From Armatimonadota bacterium (lineage in GTDB: Bacteria > Armatimonadota > Zipacnadia > Zipacnadales > UBA5352), in contig JAYENL010000221.1 in assembly GCA_034722055.1 (NCBI GenBank), forward strand, positions 8,681 through 72,680: a DNA stretch of 64,000 nt. The letters run 5' to 3'. A model generated the notes under the pieces. The model was given only the letters and a program-made list of their open reading frames with translations. It had not been told where the DNA came from and searched no databases. Positions within the stretch are counted from its first letter, which is position 1. Each line of letters starts with the position of its first letter. Of this stretch, positions 50,851 to 61,444 are shown one piece after another. A program made the position numbers and the translations under genes.

Positions 50851-52026
50851 GTGGCGATCAGAGCGTCGGTCCCGAAGGCACTCGCTCTCATCCTGCTTGC
50901 CCCGGCTCTGGCGCAGGCACAGCCAGCGCCGGATGCCGCGACGGCCGAGGTGCATGCGCCCAAGGAGCGGCGCCTGGAGGGTGGCGAGCATGACGGCCAC
51001 CTCTTCCGGGAGCAGCACGCCATCCTCTCGACCGGCGAGGTCGCTTACGGCATCGCCTACAAGGCCTGTGTGGACCCCGCCCACGGCGATCAGGTGGTCC
51101 CTCTCGAGGGCTACCTGGGCATGCCGCAGCCCTGCTCCTGCAACTGGTATCACAGCGGCTTCCTGTTCATCTCCCTCAACGGTCGTGACATCGGAACCAC
51201 GCCCCTGTCGAGCATGATGGCCACGGAAACCGGCCAGCGGGGCATCTTGGACATGGTGTGGCACGACCAGGCCGCCGACGTCCGGGTGCGTTTCGTGGCG
51301 CTGCCCGGCGCGGACTGGCTGGGCTGCGAGGTGGCCATCGACCCAACGGTCGAGACCACCTCCGTGGCGATCGGCCTCCGCTGCTATCCCAGCTTCTTCA
51401 CCGCCTGGCACAACCGCGACGGCGCGCGGCGAATTCAGACGCCCTCGCAGCTCATCGAGCAGGGGGACGATGTGACCATTCCCGTGGCGGAGAACTGGTG
51501 GGGCGTCTACTATGACGAGATCTTCGATGTCGCCAAGGGCGAGGGATCGGGCCCCTGCGCCATGCTGGTGCTGCCCGATGATGCCTCCGACGTGCGGTTC
51601 GCACCCGGCAGCTACGCGGTGAGCACCACCATCACCTGCCCCGCCGACGCCCGGCGCGTCCGCCTGGCCTTCTGGGACCTGAAGGGCATGACCAACGAGG
51701 AGGCCCTGGCGCAGGTCCGGGCGGAGGCCGACGAGGTCCGGGCCACGCTGGAGGGGGCGGATTTCACGCCGCGGGCGGTGCAACAGTTCGATGTGGCTGA
51801 GGTCAGGGAGAGCCTGGAGCGGGCGCTGGCGAACGAGAGCATTCGCGAGGCGCTGGCCGACCGCATCGACGAGATCCAGGGCTGGCTGGAGCAGCAGCCG
51901 GCGGAGGCGGGCGGCGAGGCCGACGTGGAGGACATTCGGGGGCAGGAGCAACTTCTGCAGTCGATCGACGACTACAACAGCTTCAAGTGGCACGTGAAGC
52001 TCCTGGAGCTGATTCATGGGCTGTGA
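50851..52026 (+). CDS. Secreted hypothetical protein, beta-rich domain plus helical C-terminal tail
   Basis: GAGGAGG SD before GTG; signal peptide 'ALALILLAPALAQA'; first gene of a four-gene run. Confidence 0.7.
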   Translation: MAIRASVPKALALILLAPALAQAQPAPDAATAEVHAPKERRLEGGEHDGHLFREQHAILSTGEVAYGIAYKACVDPAHGDQVVPLEGYLGMPQPCSCNWYHSGFLFISLNGRDIGTTPLSSMMATETGQRGILDMVWHDQAADVRVRFVALPGADWLGCEVAIDPTVETTSVAIGLRCYPSFFTAWHNRDGARRIQTPSQLIEQGDDVTIPVAENWWGVYYDEIFDVAKGEGSGPCAMLVLPDDASDVRFAPGSYAVSTTITCPADARRVRLAFWDLKGMTNEEALAQVRAEADEVRATLEGADFTPRAVQQFDVAEVRESLERALANESIREALADRIDEIQGWLEQQPAEAGGEADVEDIRGQEQLLQSIDDYNSFKWHVKLLELIHGL

Positions 52027-52078
52027 GCGCGAATCCGGGCGGCGAGCGCCCGGCGCAGCCGTGAGGAGGATCAGAGTC

Positions 52079-55000
52079 ATGAGACGGATCAGCGTGACGA
52101 TGGTAATGACGGTGGCCGTGTGCATGGTGGCCGCGGTCTCCGCGATGGGCCAGGACCGCGCGGAGCTGGAGGTTGACCATGCCCTGACCTTCGAGTTCGA
52201 GACGCCGCACACCGACTGGGCGCAGCCCTACGCCGGGGACACCACCCGCGTGCTGTTCTTCACGGACGGCAGGGGCACCAACCCGCGCGAGTGCGTGGAG
52301 CTGATGCAGCGCTTCGACATCGAGGGGGAGGCGGTCTTCTGGGCCCGCATCGTGGACAGCGCGGAGACCCATTGGCACGGGGGCGAGATCGGGGAGCAGC
52401 GCATGCTGGAGCTGCTGGAACAGGACTGGGACTGCTACGTGTTCCTGGGCCTGGCGCTGGACAACATGTCCCCGGAGCAGCAGTTCAAGGTCCTCCAGCC
52501 CGTCACCGAGGGCGCCGGCCTGGTCTTCGTGGGCTCGAACGATGAGCGGGTGCTTACTGATGAGAATCAGATCACCGACCTGCCGCCCATCCTGGCGCCC
52601 GGGCCGGTGGGGGATGCCTACACCGTGGGCCAGGGCCGGGGTATCCGGCTGCCGGCGCGGCCGGAGATCGGCTACTACGAGGGCTGGGAGGTTGACTACG
52701 ACTACTGGTCAGAGCGCCTGGGCCGGGCCGTCCTGTGGGCTGCCGGGCACGAGCCCCAGATGGTGCTGACCGCCAGCGCCGGCCCCGGCGAGTTCGCCTG
52801 GGACGCCACGAAGACTCTTACCGTGGATGCGCGTGGGGAGCCAGTGGGCGACAATCCGCGCATCCGCTCGCGGGTGCGCATGGCGGGAGGCCCCGAGGTC
52901 GAGCTGCCTCAGCGACCGCTTCCGGAGCGGGCCTTCAGCCTGCAGGTCGGATCACTGCCGGCGGGCGAGTGGCACCTCGACGCCTGGGTGGTGTCCGACG
53001 CCGGCGTCGAGACGTGGACGACAAGGCCATTCACGGTGACCTCAGACGTGAGCGTGTCAGAGGTCGCGCTGGAGCAGGGCTGGGGGGAGCCGGGGGATGC
53101 GATCGCGGGTCACGTGATGGTGGATGCTGAGCCCGGGCCGAACACGCGGGCTCGCGTGGGGCTGTTCGACAGCCGCGGGCGCGAGCTGGCCCACGAGATT
53201 CTGGAGCCCGCCGAGCTGCTCGAGGTCCTCCCCCCCGAGCCCGAGGAGGAGCCCGAGGAGGAGGGGGAGGAGGAGCCTGAGGCCGGGCCGCGGCTCGGGA
53301 TGCCCTTCTCGTTCACGGTCGAGCCCTGGATGCCGATGCTGCTGCGGGTGCACGCCGCCCTCTACCGCAATCCGCCCGGCCCGCCGCCCGCTGAGGTCAT
53401 CCACTCCGGCTACGCCTACTTCCGGGTGACCAAGCGCCACCAGGGGCGGTTCAACTTCCTGATGTGGGACACCCCGCGTGGCACGCTCGCGCCGTACGCC
53501 GAGCGAAGCCTGGCTGAGAACGCCGTGACGCTGCAGCTCGGCCACGGCAATCCGTCGATCATCCTCGCCGCCAACGATATTGCGTGGGTGCCCTACACCA
53601 CGCGTGTCATGACGCCCAAGACCGAGGACGGCATCATGCAGCCCTTCTGCTGGAACGACGAGGAGGCCGTGCAGGCCCATGTGCAGGAGAAGGCCGAGGC
53701 CTACCTGCCCTCTCGCCAGCACGGGGTCTTCGTGTGGTCGCTCGGCGACGAGGTGACCACTCAGGGCTCGTGCCTCTCCCAGCACTGCGCGGAGGCCTAC
53801 CGGGAGTACCTGCAGGAGGTCTACGGCAGCCTCGATGCGCTCAATGAGTCCTGGACGACCAACTTCACGGACTGGAGCCAGGTGGGGCTGAGCCAGGAGG
53901 GCGACAACGATGAGGCCAACTCGCTGGCGGAGGGCAACTACCCGCGATGGTTCGACCGCCAGGCCTTCCAGTCCTACAACTTCGTCCAGTTCTGCCAGGC
54001 CTATGACGACGCCTACACGGCCATCGATCCGCTGGCGAAAACCGGCTTCGAGGGCGCAGGCAAGTTCTCCGCCGGCGACGACCTGGACCTGATCATCCGC
54101 GAGAACGAGTTCTGGTCGCCGTATCCGGGCGTGGCCGACGAGGTCCTCCGCTCCATCGCCCCGCGGGACTTCCCGCACGCCAACTGGATGGGCTACACCA
54201 AGGACGCGGACTCGCTGCTCCAGAAGTACTGGCGGATGGTGACGCGCGGCTCGGATGCCGTGTGGTGGTGGCGCTGGGACTGCATCGGGCGCTTCCACGG
54301 CTGGCTGGCGCCGGACCTGCGGCCCTTCCCGGCGGTCGAGGAGATCCTCCGGGACACGCAGATCATGCGCGACGGGCTTGGCGATCTGCTGCTGCAGTCG
54401 GAGATGCTCGACACTGAGATCGCCATGCTCTACTCCTACCCCTCGACCTTCGCGTGCACGGTGGAGGAGGGCAACTCCTACGGCAGCTATACCTCCAGCC
54501 ACGTGGCGCTGCACGACGCCCTGCGCGACCTCGGCTACCAGTTCCGCTACGTGACCGACCGGATGCTGCGGCTGGGCGAGTTCGACGCGGAGCGCTTCCG
54601 GATGCTGCTTCTACCGCGGGCGGAGGCCATGGGCGAGGAGGAGGCGCAGGTCATCCGCGACTACGTGGCGGGCGGCGGCGTTGTCATCGCCGATGTCCGG
54701 CCGGCCATCTACGATGGGCACTGCAAGCCGCTGGCTGAGGGCCTGCTCGATGACCTGTTCGGCATCGAGACCGAGGGCCGTGCGGAGGCGAGCACCGTTA
54801 CCGTCACGATTGACGCCCAGCCCGGCCTCACCTTCGACGCGGCCAAGGTCGATCCCACTGTGCGTCTGACCACCGGCGAGGCCATGGGTGAGGCCGACGG
54901 CACCCCGGTCATGATCGTCAACCAGGTGGGCGAGGGCACGGCGGTGCTGCTGAACTTCGCGGCCAACAGCTTCCCGAAGATCAGCGTGGCCGACACGCCC

Positions 55001-55591
55001 GAGGCCGCCGCCGAGGTGCTGCTTGCGCTCATCAGCCGCTCGGGCGCTCATCAGCCGCCGCTGTGGATGCAGGCCGCCGATGGCTCGCGGCTGCGCAACA
55101 TCGAGGCCATCCGCTGGCGGACAGGTGAGACCGAGATCCTGGCGCTGTTCCGGCAGTCCGGCAACCGCGAGGAGGCCACGGTCACGCTGCCGGAGGCCCG
55201 GCACATCTACGACCTCCGCAACCGCCGCTACCTGGGACGCTCCGACAGCTTCGAGACCACCATCATCCCCATGCGCGCGACCTTCCTGGCTTTGCTGCCG
55301 GAGGCCGTGCCGCCGGCGGAGCTGACGGTCGAGCCGGCGAGCGTCACCCGGGGGAGCGTGGCGACGGCGACGCTGTCGGTGCCCGGCGCCGAGGGGCTGC
55401 ACGGCTTCAAGGTCACGGCCTCGGCCGGCGACCGGAAGCTCGACTGGCTGGAGCAGGTGGTGGTGACCGGCACCGACCCGGTGGAGATCGCGGTGCCGGT
55501 GGCCTACAACGATCCGGCGGGCGAGTACACCATCACCGCCCGCGAGCTGTTCAGCAGTGAGGATACCAGCGCCACCCTGGAGGTGGAGTGA
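52079..55591 (+). CDS. Secreted GH42-like beta-galactosidase family protein with trimerisation domain
   Basis: GAGGAGG SD; signal peptide; 'WSLGDE', 'YREYLQEVYGSLDALNESW', 'IAMLYS', 'DLGYQFRYV', 'DYVAGGGVVIAD'. Confidence 0.75.
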   Translation: MRRISVTMVMTVAVCMVAAVSAMGQDRAELEVDHALTFEFETPHTDWAQPYAGDTTRVLFFTDGRGTNPRECVELMQRFDIEGEAVFWARIVDSAETHWHGGEIGEQRMLELLEQDWDCYVFLGLALDNMSPEQQFKVLQPVTEGAGLVFVGSNDERVLTDENQITDLPPILAPGPVGDAYTVGQGRGIRLPARPEIGYYEGWEVDYDYWSERLGRAVLWAAGHEPQMVLTASAGPGEFAWDATKTLTVDARGEPVGDNPRIRSRVRMAGGPEVELPQRPLPERAFSLQVGSLPAGEWHLDAWVVSDAGVETWTTRPFTVTSDVSVSEVALEQGWGEPGDAIAGHVMVDAEPGPNTRARVGLFDSRGRELAHEILEPAELLEVLPPEPEEEPEEEGEEEPEAGPRLGMPFSFTVEPWMPMLLRVHAALYRNPPGPPPAEVIHSGYAYFRVTKRHQGRFNFLMWDTPRGTLAPYAERSLAENAVTLQLGHGNPSIILAANDIAWVPYTTRVMTPKTEDGIMQPFCWNDEEAVQAHVQEKAEAYLPSRQHGVFVWSLGDEVTTQGSCLSQHCAEAYREYLQEVYGSLDALNESWTTNFTDWSQVGLSQEGDNDEANSLAEGNYPRWFDRQAFQSYNFVQFCQAYDDAYTAIDPLAKTGFEGAGKFSAGDDLDLIIRENEFWSPYPGVADEVLRSIAPRDFPHANWMGYTKDADSLLQKYWRMVTRGSDAVWWWRWDCIGRFHGWLAPDLRPFPAVEEILRDTQIMRDGLGDLLLQSEMLDTEIAMLYSYPSTFACTVEEGNSYGSYTSSHVALHDALRDLGYQFRYVTDRMLRLGEFDAERFRMLLLPRAEAMGEEEAQVIRDYVAGGGVVIADVRPAIYDGHCKPLAEGLLDDLFGIETEGRAEASTVTVTIDAQPGLTFDAAKVDPTVRLTTGEAMGEADGTPVMIVNQVGEGTAVLLNFAANSFPKISVADTPEAAAEVLLALISRSGAHQPPLWMQAADGSRLRNIEAIRWRTGETEILALFRQSGNREEATVTLPEARHIYDLRNRRYLGRSDSFETTIIPMRATFLALLPEAVPPAELTVEPASVTRGSVATATLSVPGAEGLHGFKVTASAGDRKLDWLEQVVVTGTDPVEIAVPVAYNDPAGEYTITARELFSSEDTSATLEVE

Positions 55592-56706
55592 TCGCGATGC
55601 ATACCACCGCGAGCCTGTCAGTGAGCCAGATGAGGCGGATCGCCGGGCCTGGGCTGACGCGCGGAGCGCTTGCCGTGCTGATGCTCGTCTGCATCGCCTC
55701 CTGGGCGCCGGCGGCCGACAGCTACGAGATCGAGGTCTACCCCTGCCCGCGCGCCTGGGAGGGCGTGGTCGTTGACGGCGCCCTTCATGAGGCGGTCTGG
55801 GAGCGCGCCCCGGCCGTGAACGAGTTCACCTTCTACAACAAGCCCGAGCTCGTCGATGTGCAGACGCACGTCCGCATGGCCTACGACCACAGGGCGCTGT
55901 ACTTCGGCGTGGTCTGCGATGAGCCCAACATCGACAAGCTGGCGCAGGTCAGCCAGGTGCGGGACGCTCACGAGGTCTTCCATGGCGAGACCATCGAGCT
56001 GTTCATCGACCCCAACCACGACCAGAACGAGTACTACCAGATTGCGGTCAACGCAGCCGCCAGCATGTACGATTCGATACGCACCGACCCGAGCTGGAGC
56101 GCGGACCTGCAGGCGGCCACGATCATCGGCGAGCAGGCCTGGGCGCTGGAGGTCGCGGTTCCGTGGGCTGATCTCGGTGTGAAGCCGGAGGCAGGCGCGG
56201 TCATGGGCGTGAACGTCTGCCGCGACCGCTACCTGGGGGCGAACAGGGTCTGGAGCAACTGGTCGCAGACGGCGGCGAACTTCCACGACCCCCAGCGCTT
56301 CGGCCACATCGTGCTGTCGCCATCCCCGATGACGATCGGCGACATGGAGCTGGAGCTGCGCAAGGGCGAGCGCAGCGGTCCCATCGTCATCCACGGGCCG
56401 GAGCACTTCGCGCAGGCGGCCTACCGGACCCTCGCGCGAGCCGCCATCGACCGAGCCGCGAGACTGCTGACCGACCTCGAGCGGACCGGCGCGCAGGAGG
56501 CGGACGTGGAGACGCAGCGGGAGTTGAGCAGCCGTATCGCCGACTACCGGGAGGAGCTGGCGGGCTTTGAGGAGACTGCGACCAGCGACCAGCCGGTTCC
56601 GCCGCACCGCTGGCAGGAGATCACGCAGCGGCTGGGGGCGATGCGGGGAGAGCTGGATCGGGTCATCTGGGAGGCCAGGCTGGCGGCGCTGCTGTCGAGC
56701 ATCTGA
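55588..56706 (+). CDS. Secreted CBM9-like sugar-binding protein with helical C-terminal tail
   Basis: 'VDGALHEAVWERA', 'YDHRALYFGVVCDEP', 'IELFIDP', 'LEVAVPWADLG', 'NVCRDR', 'FHDPQRFG'; start could be 55630. Confidence 0.8.
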   Translation: MIAMHTTASLSVSQMRRIAGPGLTRGALAVLMLVCIASWAPAADSYEIEVYPCPRAWEGVVVDGALHEAVWERAPAVNEFTFYNKPELVDVQTHVRMAYDHRALYFGVVCDEPNIDKLAQVSQVRDAHEVFHGETIELFIDPNHDQNEYYQIAVNAAASMYDSIRTDPSWSADLQAATIIGEQAWALEVAVPWADLGVKPEAGAVMGVNVCRDRYLGANRVWSNWSQTAANFHDPQRFGHIVLSPSPMTIGDMELELRKGERSGPIVIHGPEHFAQAAYRTLARAAIDRAARLLTDLERTGAQEADVETQRELSSRIADYREELAGFEETATSDQPVPPHRWQEITQRLGAMRGELDRVIWEARLAALLSSI

Positions 56707-56720
56707 GGGAGAGGTTGCGG

Positions 56721-59168
56721 ATGAGGCACGTGCTTGGATCCATGCTGCTGCTGGGCGTGATGGCCGTGGCGGGGGTAGGGGCGGACGTCCCTCTTGTCCG
56801 TGACGGACGGCCGGTGGCGACCATCGTGGTCGCCGAGGAGACGCCGCTGGCGGTGCAGCTCGCCGTCGCGGAGCTGAACCATCACATCGAGCAGATGACC
56901 GGGGCTCCCCTGCCGGTGGCCACCGACGCCGACCAGGTGCAGGGGCCTGTGGTGCTGGTGGGCGAGAGTGCCCACACGCGGGAGCTGGGCCTGCGCAATG
57001 AGGGCTTCGCGAAGCAGGAGTACCTGGTGCAGGCCCGGCCGGAGGCCCTGATCCTCATGGGCCGTGACGCGCCCGACACCGGCGAGTTCGACTACCAGGC
57101 CCGCCCGCTGCCGGCCGGGTTCAGCTACTACACGCCGATGGGAAGCTGCTACGCGGTCTACGACTTCCTGGAGCGGTGCTGCGGCGTGCGCTGGTACCTG
57201 CCCACGGAGATCGGTACCGTGATCCCGGAGCGCGACACGCTGGTGGTGGAGGAGGTCAGCGTGCGGCGCAGCCCGTGGACGAGGCACCGCTCCATGTGGC
57301 CGCAGCGGCCGATCCCCGCCAGCCTCTACCACTGGGACATGTCGGACCCGGAGGAGCTGGCGCAGATCCCGAGGCTGCCGGGTCGCGAGGAGCGGCTCTA
57401 CTGGCTGCGCCAGCGCATGGGCGGCGAGCACTTCGCCGCCAATCACTCCTTCTACCCCTGGCAGGAGCGCTTCGGTGAGAGCCATCCGGAGTACTTCGCG
57501 GTCAACGAGGCCGGGGAGCCGATGCTCGACCAGCTCAACTACGCCTCCGAGGCGGTCGTCGAGCAGGCGGTGGAGGACATCCTGGCGTGTCGGCGCGGGG
57601 AGTGGGAGGACGAGAACGGCATCCGCCGCTTCGGGCGGGCCAGCGAGAACATCTTCCCGCTGGTGCCCATGGACAACCGCCAGTGGTCGCAAGACCCCCA
57701 GACGCAGGCGATGCTCGTCGATCCCCCGACGCGGACCATCGGGAGCTTCAACACCAACAGAGCCAGCCGCTACATCTTCAGCTTCGTGGCTGAGGTGGCC
57801 CGGCGCGTCGCCGAGCGCGATCCGGACGCCATCATCAGCGCGCTGGCCTACTCGGACTACTACTTCCCGCCCGAGGGCATCGAGTTCCCCGATAACGTGG
57901 CCATCATGGTCTGCAAGCAGCAGGTCAAGGCCCGCACCAGGCGCTTCGATGACGCCTACTACGCCTCGCTGCGCGAGTGGAGCCGCAAGGTGGACATGCT
58001 TTACACCTGGGAGTACTACAACTTCCCCCAATGGCGGCGCATGAACGTCTTCCCCGGCCTGGTCCCGCGCCGCACCGGGCATGACGTGGTGAGGCTGCAT
58101 GAGATCGGCATCGACGGGGAGTTCATCGAGATCAATACCGCCAAGGGCTTTCCGCCGGTGGAGGGCTGGCTGGTCAACCCCGCCATGCAGCACCTCAACT
58201 ACTACTTCCGGCTCAAGATGTTCGACAGGGTGGATCGGCCCATCGAGGAGCTGCTCGACGAGTACTACCGGCTCTTCTATGGCCCGGCCGAGGAGCCCAT
58301 GCGCCGGTTCTTCACCACCATCGAGGAGACGTTCATGAACGAGCAGTACTACCGGCCAGGGCACCTGCGGGCCGAGGAGTCCTGGACCGTTTACTGCCCG
58401 CCGGAGCGCCTCCGCGAGCTGCGGCGGATGATCCACGAGGCCGGGCAGCTCGCCGAGGGGCAGTCGCCCTACGCGGAGCGCGTGCAGCTCATCGACGAGG
58501 CCATCCTGGCCTTCATGAAGGCCAGCGCGCGACCGTTCTACATGCTGGAGCAGAAGGGGCCGCCGACCTACGAGGTGGGCCGCGCCCCGGAGGGCTTCAC
58601 GTGGGAGGATGCGGCGGCGTCACAGTGGCAGGAGGCGCCGGCCACCGAGGTCTTCGGCCGCTCCACCGGCCAGAAGGCCCCGGTGGATACGGTGGCGCGG
58701 GCGCTGTGGGACGATGATGCGCTGTACGTGCTGTTCGAGTGCTCTGAGCCGAAGATGGAGCTTCTGGAGGCCTCCGATCGGCCGCGAGACGGCGGCGTCT
58801 TCTTCGACGACTGCGTGGAGCTGTTCGTGGACGCGGACCGCGACCAGGGGCGCTATCGGCACTTCGTGGTCAATGCGGTGGGGAGTATCTACGACGAGTG
58901 GCGCGTCGCGAATCGCCCGAAGACGACCGAGCAGGTGGCGTGGGACAGCGGTATCGAGGCCCGCGCGGACACGGGCGAGGACCGCTGGACGGTTGCCCTG
59001 CGCATCCCGCTGCAGGACCTGGCGCGCCCGCCGAAGTCTGGAGCGCAGTGGGGCATGAACTTCTGTCGGCATCGCACCTGCAGCGGGGGCAATCTGTCGT
59101 GGTCTCCGACGGGGATGAGCTTCCATGCCCCGTCACGGTTCGGAGTCGTCACCTTCGTCAGTAGATGA
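56721..59168 (+). CDS. Secreted DUF4838 protein with C-terminal CBM9-like domain
   Basis: 'AVAELNHHIEQMTGA', 'YAVYDFLE..CGVRWYLP', 'HPEYFA', 'LAYSDY', 'FYGPAEEPMRRFF'; CBM9 'DCVELFVD...FHAPSRFG'. Confidence 0.85.
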   Translation: MRHVLGSMLLLGVMAVAGVGADVPLVRDGRPVATIVVAEETPLAVQLAVAELNHHIEQMTGAPLPVATDADQVQGPVVLVGESAHTRELGLRNEGFAKQEYLVQARPEALILMGRDAPDTGEFDYQARPLPAGFSYYTPMGSCYAVYDFLERCCGVRWYLPTEIGTVIPERDTLVVEEVSVRRSPWTRHRSMWPQRPIPASLYHWDMSDPEELAQIPRLPGREERLYWLRQRMGGEHFAANHSFYPWQERFGESHPEYFAVNEAGEPMLDQLNYASEAVVEQAVEDILACRRGEWEDENGIRRFGRASENIFPLVPMDNRQWSQDPQTQAMLVDPPTRTIGSFNTNRASRYIFSFVAEVARRVAERDPDAIISALAYSDYYFPPEGIEFPDNVAIMVCKQQVKARTRRFDDAYYASLREWSRKVDMLYTWEYYNFPQWRRMNVFPGLVPRRTGHDVVRLHEIGIDGEFIEINTAKGFPPVEGWLVNPAMQHLNYYFRLKMFDRVDRPIEELLDEYYRLFYGPAEEPMRRFFTTIEETFMNEQYYRPGHLRAEESWTVYCPPERLRELRRMIHEAGQLAEGQSPYAERVQLIDEAILAFMKASARPFYMLEQKGPPTYEVGRAPEGFTWEDAAASQWQEAPATEVFGRSTGQKAPVDTVARALWDDDALYVLFECSEPKMELLEASDRPRDGGVFFDDCVELFVDADRDQGRYRHFVVNAVGSIYDEWRVANRPKTTEQVAWDSGIEARADTGEDRWTVALRIPLQDLARPPKSGAQWGMNFCRHRTCSGGNLSWSPTGMSFHAPSRFGVVTFVSR

Positions 59169-59765
59169 TTCCTGCGTGGCGGTGTCCTCCTCGAAGGATT
59201 GCAGTGTCTCCTGCATCCACGCCTCGTCGCCGCCGGCGCCCTCGTACTCTGCCCCGGCTCGCTCAAGCTCAAGCTCGATGACCCGTGCCAGGTCCTCCCA
59301 GGTCCACTCCTCCAAGTCCGGCGGCGCGGTGAAGTTGACCTTCCCCCGGTCGGCAAGATGCCACTCCACCTTGCCGTTTACGGCCACGCCCATCGTACAG
59401 CCGAAATCGCCGATCTGCTCGGCCCGTTCGGCGGTGCTCTCCAGGTGCCAGGGGCGGAACACCAAGCGCACGTTGGGGGCATAGCTGGTCGCCATCTCCC
59501 GGAAGTTCTGCTCCCACGGGGTCTGACACTCGTTGTCCGCCTCGAAGAACCACTCCACCTGCACCGGCGCGTCCTCGGGGCCGATAGGCTCATCGATCCA
59601 CAATGGCACGTCCTCGGGCTCAAGCTGCTCACCGGCGGCCTCCGTAGCCTGCGGCTCCGGGGCCTTGTCGGGAGGCTCGGGTCCGGACGTGCTGCCAAGC
59701 TGGTTGACGAGCGCGACCCCCACCAGCAGCGCGACGACAACGACCGCTGTAACAGTCCTGTTCAC
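59133..59765 (-). CDS. Membrane-anchored DsbA/thioredoxin-fold protein with degenerate active site
   Basis: N-terminal TM; 'IGPEDAPVQVEWF...ECQTP', 'NVRLVFRPW', 'GCTMGVAVNGK'; GGAGG SD before GTG. Confidence 0.6.
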   Translation of the reverse strand: MNRTVTAVVVVALLVGVALVNQLGSTSGPEPPDKAPEPQATEAAGEQLEPEDVPLWIDEPIGPEDAPVQVEWFFEADNECQTPWEQNFREMATSYAPNVRLVFRPWHLESTAERAEQIGDFGCTMGVAVNGKVEWHLADRGKVNFTAPPDLEEWTWEDLARVIELELERAGAEYEGAGGDEAWMQETLQSFEEDTATQESSTDEGDDSEP

Positions 59766-59811
59766 GGCAGCACCTCCGTCCCGCGCCACATCAGGCGCAT
59801 CTCCGGCGCAG

Positions 59812-60465
59812 CTACTTGAAGTTGGTCATCGCCTGCCTGGGATAGTACTTGACGTGGCCGTCAACGTAGAGGATGTTCAGTGAGCCGAAATCGCCCCCAT
59901 GGATCCCGTGGCCGACGATGCCCTGGACGATGGGCTTGCAGAACCAGTCGGACGCCAGCCAGTAGTCCGTGTCCCACATCTCGCTCATCACACGCGTGGT
60001 GTCCCCATACTTCCTTACAAAAAAGAAGCGATCGATCCATCCCACGTAGTCCGGGGGGCCGGCCGGCGGCGCCGTGCTGGGCAGGTGGTCGAAGGAGAAG
60101 TAGTAGTAGGAGATGTTGCCCGCCGCCCGGTTCTCCTCGTTGTCGATAATCCTGGAGACGTTCATTGAAGGCGCGGAGGGGCAGTAGAGTATCCCCATGT
60201 TCTTCATGTAGGGCATAAGCTGGGCGACCAGGCGAGCGTGGGGGTTGCAGATGTGGTCATCCCTCGGGAAGAAGTCGTCGTAGTCCTGGGCGTACATGTG
60301 TGAGGCCAGCCCGATCTGCTTGAGGTTCGACAGACAGGTCGTCTTCCGCGCCGCCTCCCGCGCGCGGGAGAAGACCGGGAAGAGCATTGCCGCCAGGATC
60401 GCGATGATCGCGATCACCACCAGCAATTCGATCAGAGTGAAGCCCCGCGTGCTCGTGGGCTTCAT
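59812..60465 (-). CDS. Prepilin-type N-terminal cleavage/methylation protein, DUF1559 / H-X9-DG family
   Basis: '[52 protein letters not shown]', 'YCPS', '[11 protein letters not shown]'. Confidence 0.95.
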   Translation of the reverse strand: MKPTSTRGFTLIELLVVIAIIAILAAMLFPVFSRAREAARKTTCLSNLKQIGLASHMYAQDYDDFFPRDDHICNPHARLVAQLMPYMKNMGILYCPSAPSMNVSRIIDNEENRAAGNISYYYFSFDHLPSTAPPAGPPDYVGWIDRFFFVRKYGDTTRVMSEMWDTDYWLASDWFCKPIVQGIVGHGIHGGDFGSLNILYVDGHVKYYPRQAMTNFK

Positions 60466-60517
60466 AGCATGGGCCTCCTTTGGCCAACCTTCGGATGATG
60501 CACGGTCCGCATCCCCG

Positions 60518-61444
60518 TCAGAAGCACTTCGGGTCTGACAGCTTCAAGAACCCGTACCTGGCGATGATCTCCTGAACCGGATCGGTGGTCAGGAGGTCGA
60601 TAAACTCCTGCCCCAGCTCAGGATGCGCGCAGCCGGTGATGGAGACAGCCGGACAGGGTATCGCGGGGCAGTAGTCATCGATCTCACAGGGCACCAGATC
60701 GAGCTTACTGGCTATGTCCACCATAGCCTCACCCTTCTCCTTCTCCGCCTTCACACAGGCGGCGTACGCCAGGGACGCATCGGTCTTGCCCTGGCCGGTG
60801 AACTGAAGCAGTGTCACGGGCATATCTGCGTCAACGACCTTGTCCTTGACCTGGTCCCATACGCCGGCCTTCTTGAGAAGCTCGCGGCCGTAGTAGCCGA
60901 CTGAGATGTCCTCGGTTCCGACGGCAAGGCTCTTGACCTTGTCGCTTGCCAGGTCCTCCACACTCTCAATCCCCTTGGGATTGCCCTTGGGCACCACCAG
61001 TGAGATCTCAACGAAGCAGAACGGCTGCCGGTAGTCTACCTTGTCGGCCTCCTGCAGCGTATTGACCTCAACGTCGCCGACGCCCATGAGCACATCCGGG
61101 GTATGCCCCTCCAGAACGTATCCGGGGAACAGAGCGATGTTCTCCACATGTGGGCGGATCGTCACGTCCGGATGCTCTTCTTCGAACAGCACCGTGATAT
61201 CCGTCATCGCAGGCGCATAGGCGCACGGCACCAAGACGTCCAGATATGTCGTCTCGGCTTCGCCGCCCGAGGATCCCCCGGGCTCCTCGCCCGGCAGCTC
61301 GGCCACCGGGCCGACCTCGGGCGTCGGCGGCTCCTCTTGGGTGCGGGGACAGCCAGTTGTGAGCGGGACGGTCGTGAGAGCCAGCAGCACCAGGCCACTC
61401 AGCAGGGACATCAACGTGCGCGGTCGGCCAACTCCGTGGGCCAC
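60518..61444 (-). CDS. ModA-like (molybdate/tungstate) solute-binding lipoprotein, Cys-rich
   Basis: Lipobox LTTGC; 'FEEEHPDV', '[17 protein letters not shown]', '[16 protein letters not shown]', '[10 protein letters not shown]'; start uncertain. Confidence 0.75.
   Translation of the reverse strand: MAHGVGRPRTLMSLLSGLVLLALTTVPLTTGCPRTQEEPPTPEVGPVAELPGEEPGGSSGGEAETTYLDVLVPCAYAPAMTDITVLFEEEHPDVTIRPHVENIALFPGYVLEGHTPDVLMGVGDVEVNTLQEADKVDYRQPFCFVEISLVVPKGNPKGIESVEDLASDKVKSLAVGTEDISVGYYGRELLKKAGVWDQVKDKVVDADMPVTLLQFTGQGKTDASLAYAACVKAEKEKGEAMVDIASKLDLVPCEIDDYCPAIPCPAVSITGCAHPELGQEFIDLLTTDPVQEIIARYGFLKLSDPKCF

Noticed and set aside
59133..59168. 36-bp overlap of convergent 3' ends
   Set aside because: Common in compact GC-rich genomes; both ORFs look complete.
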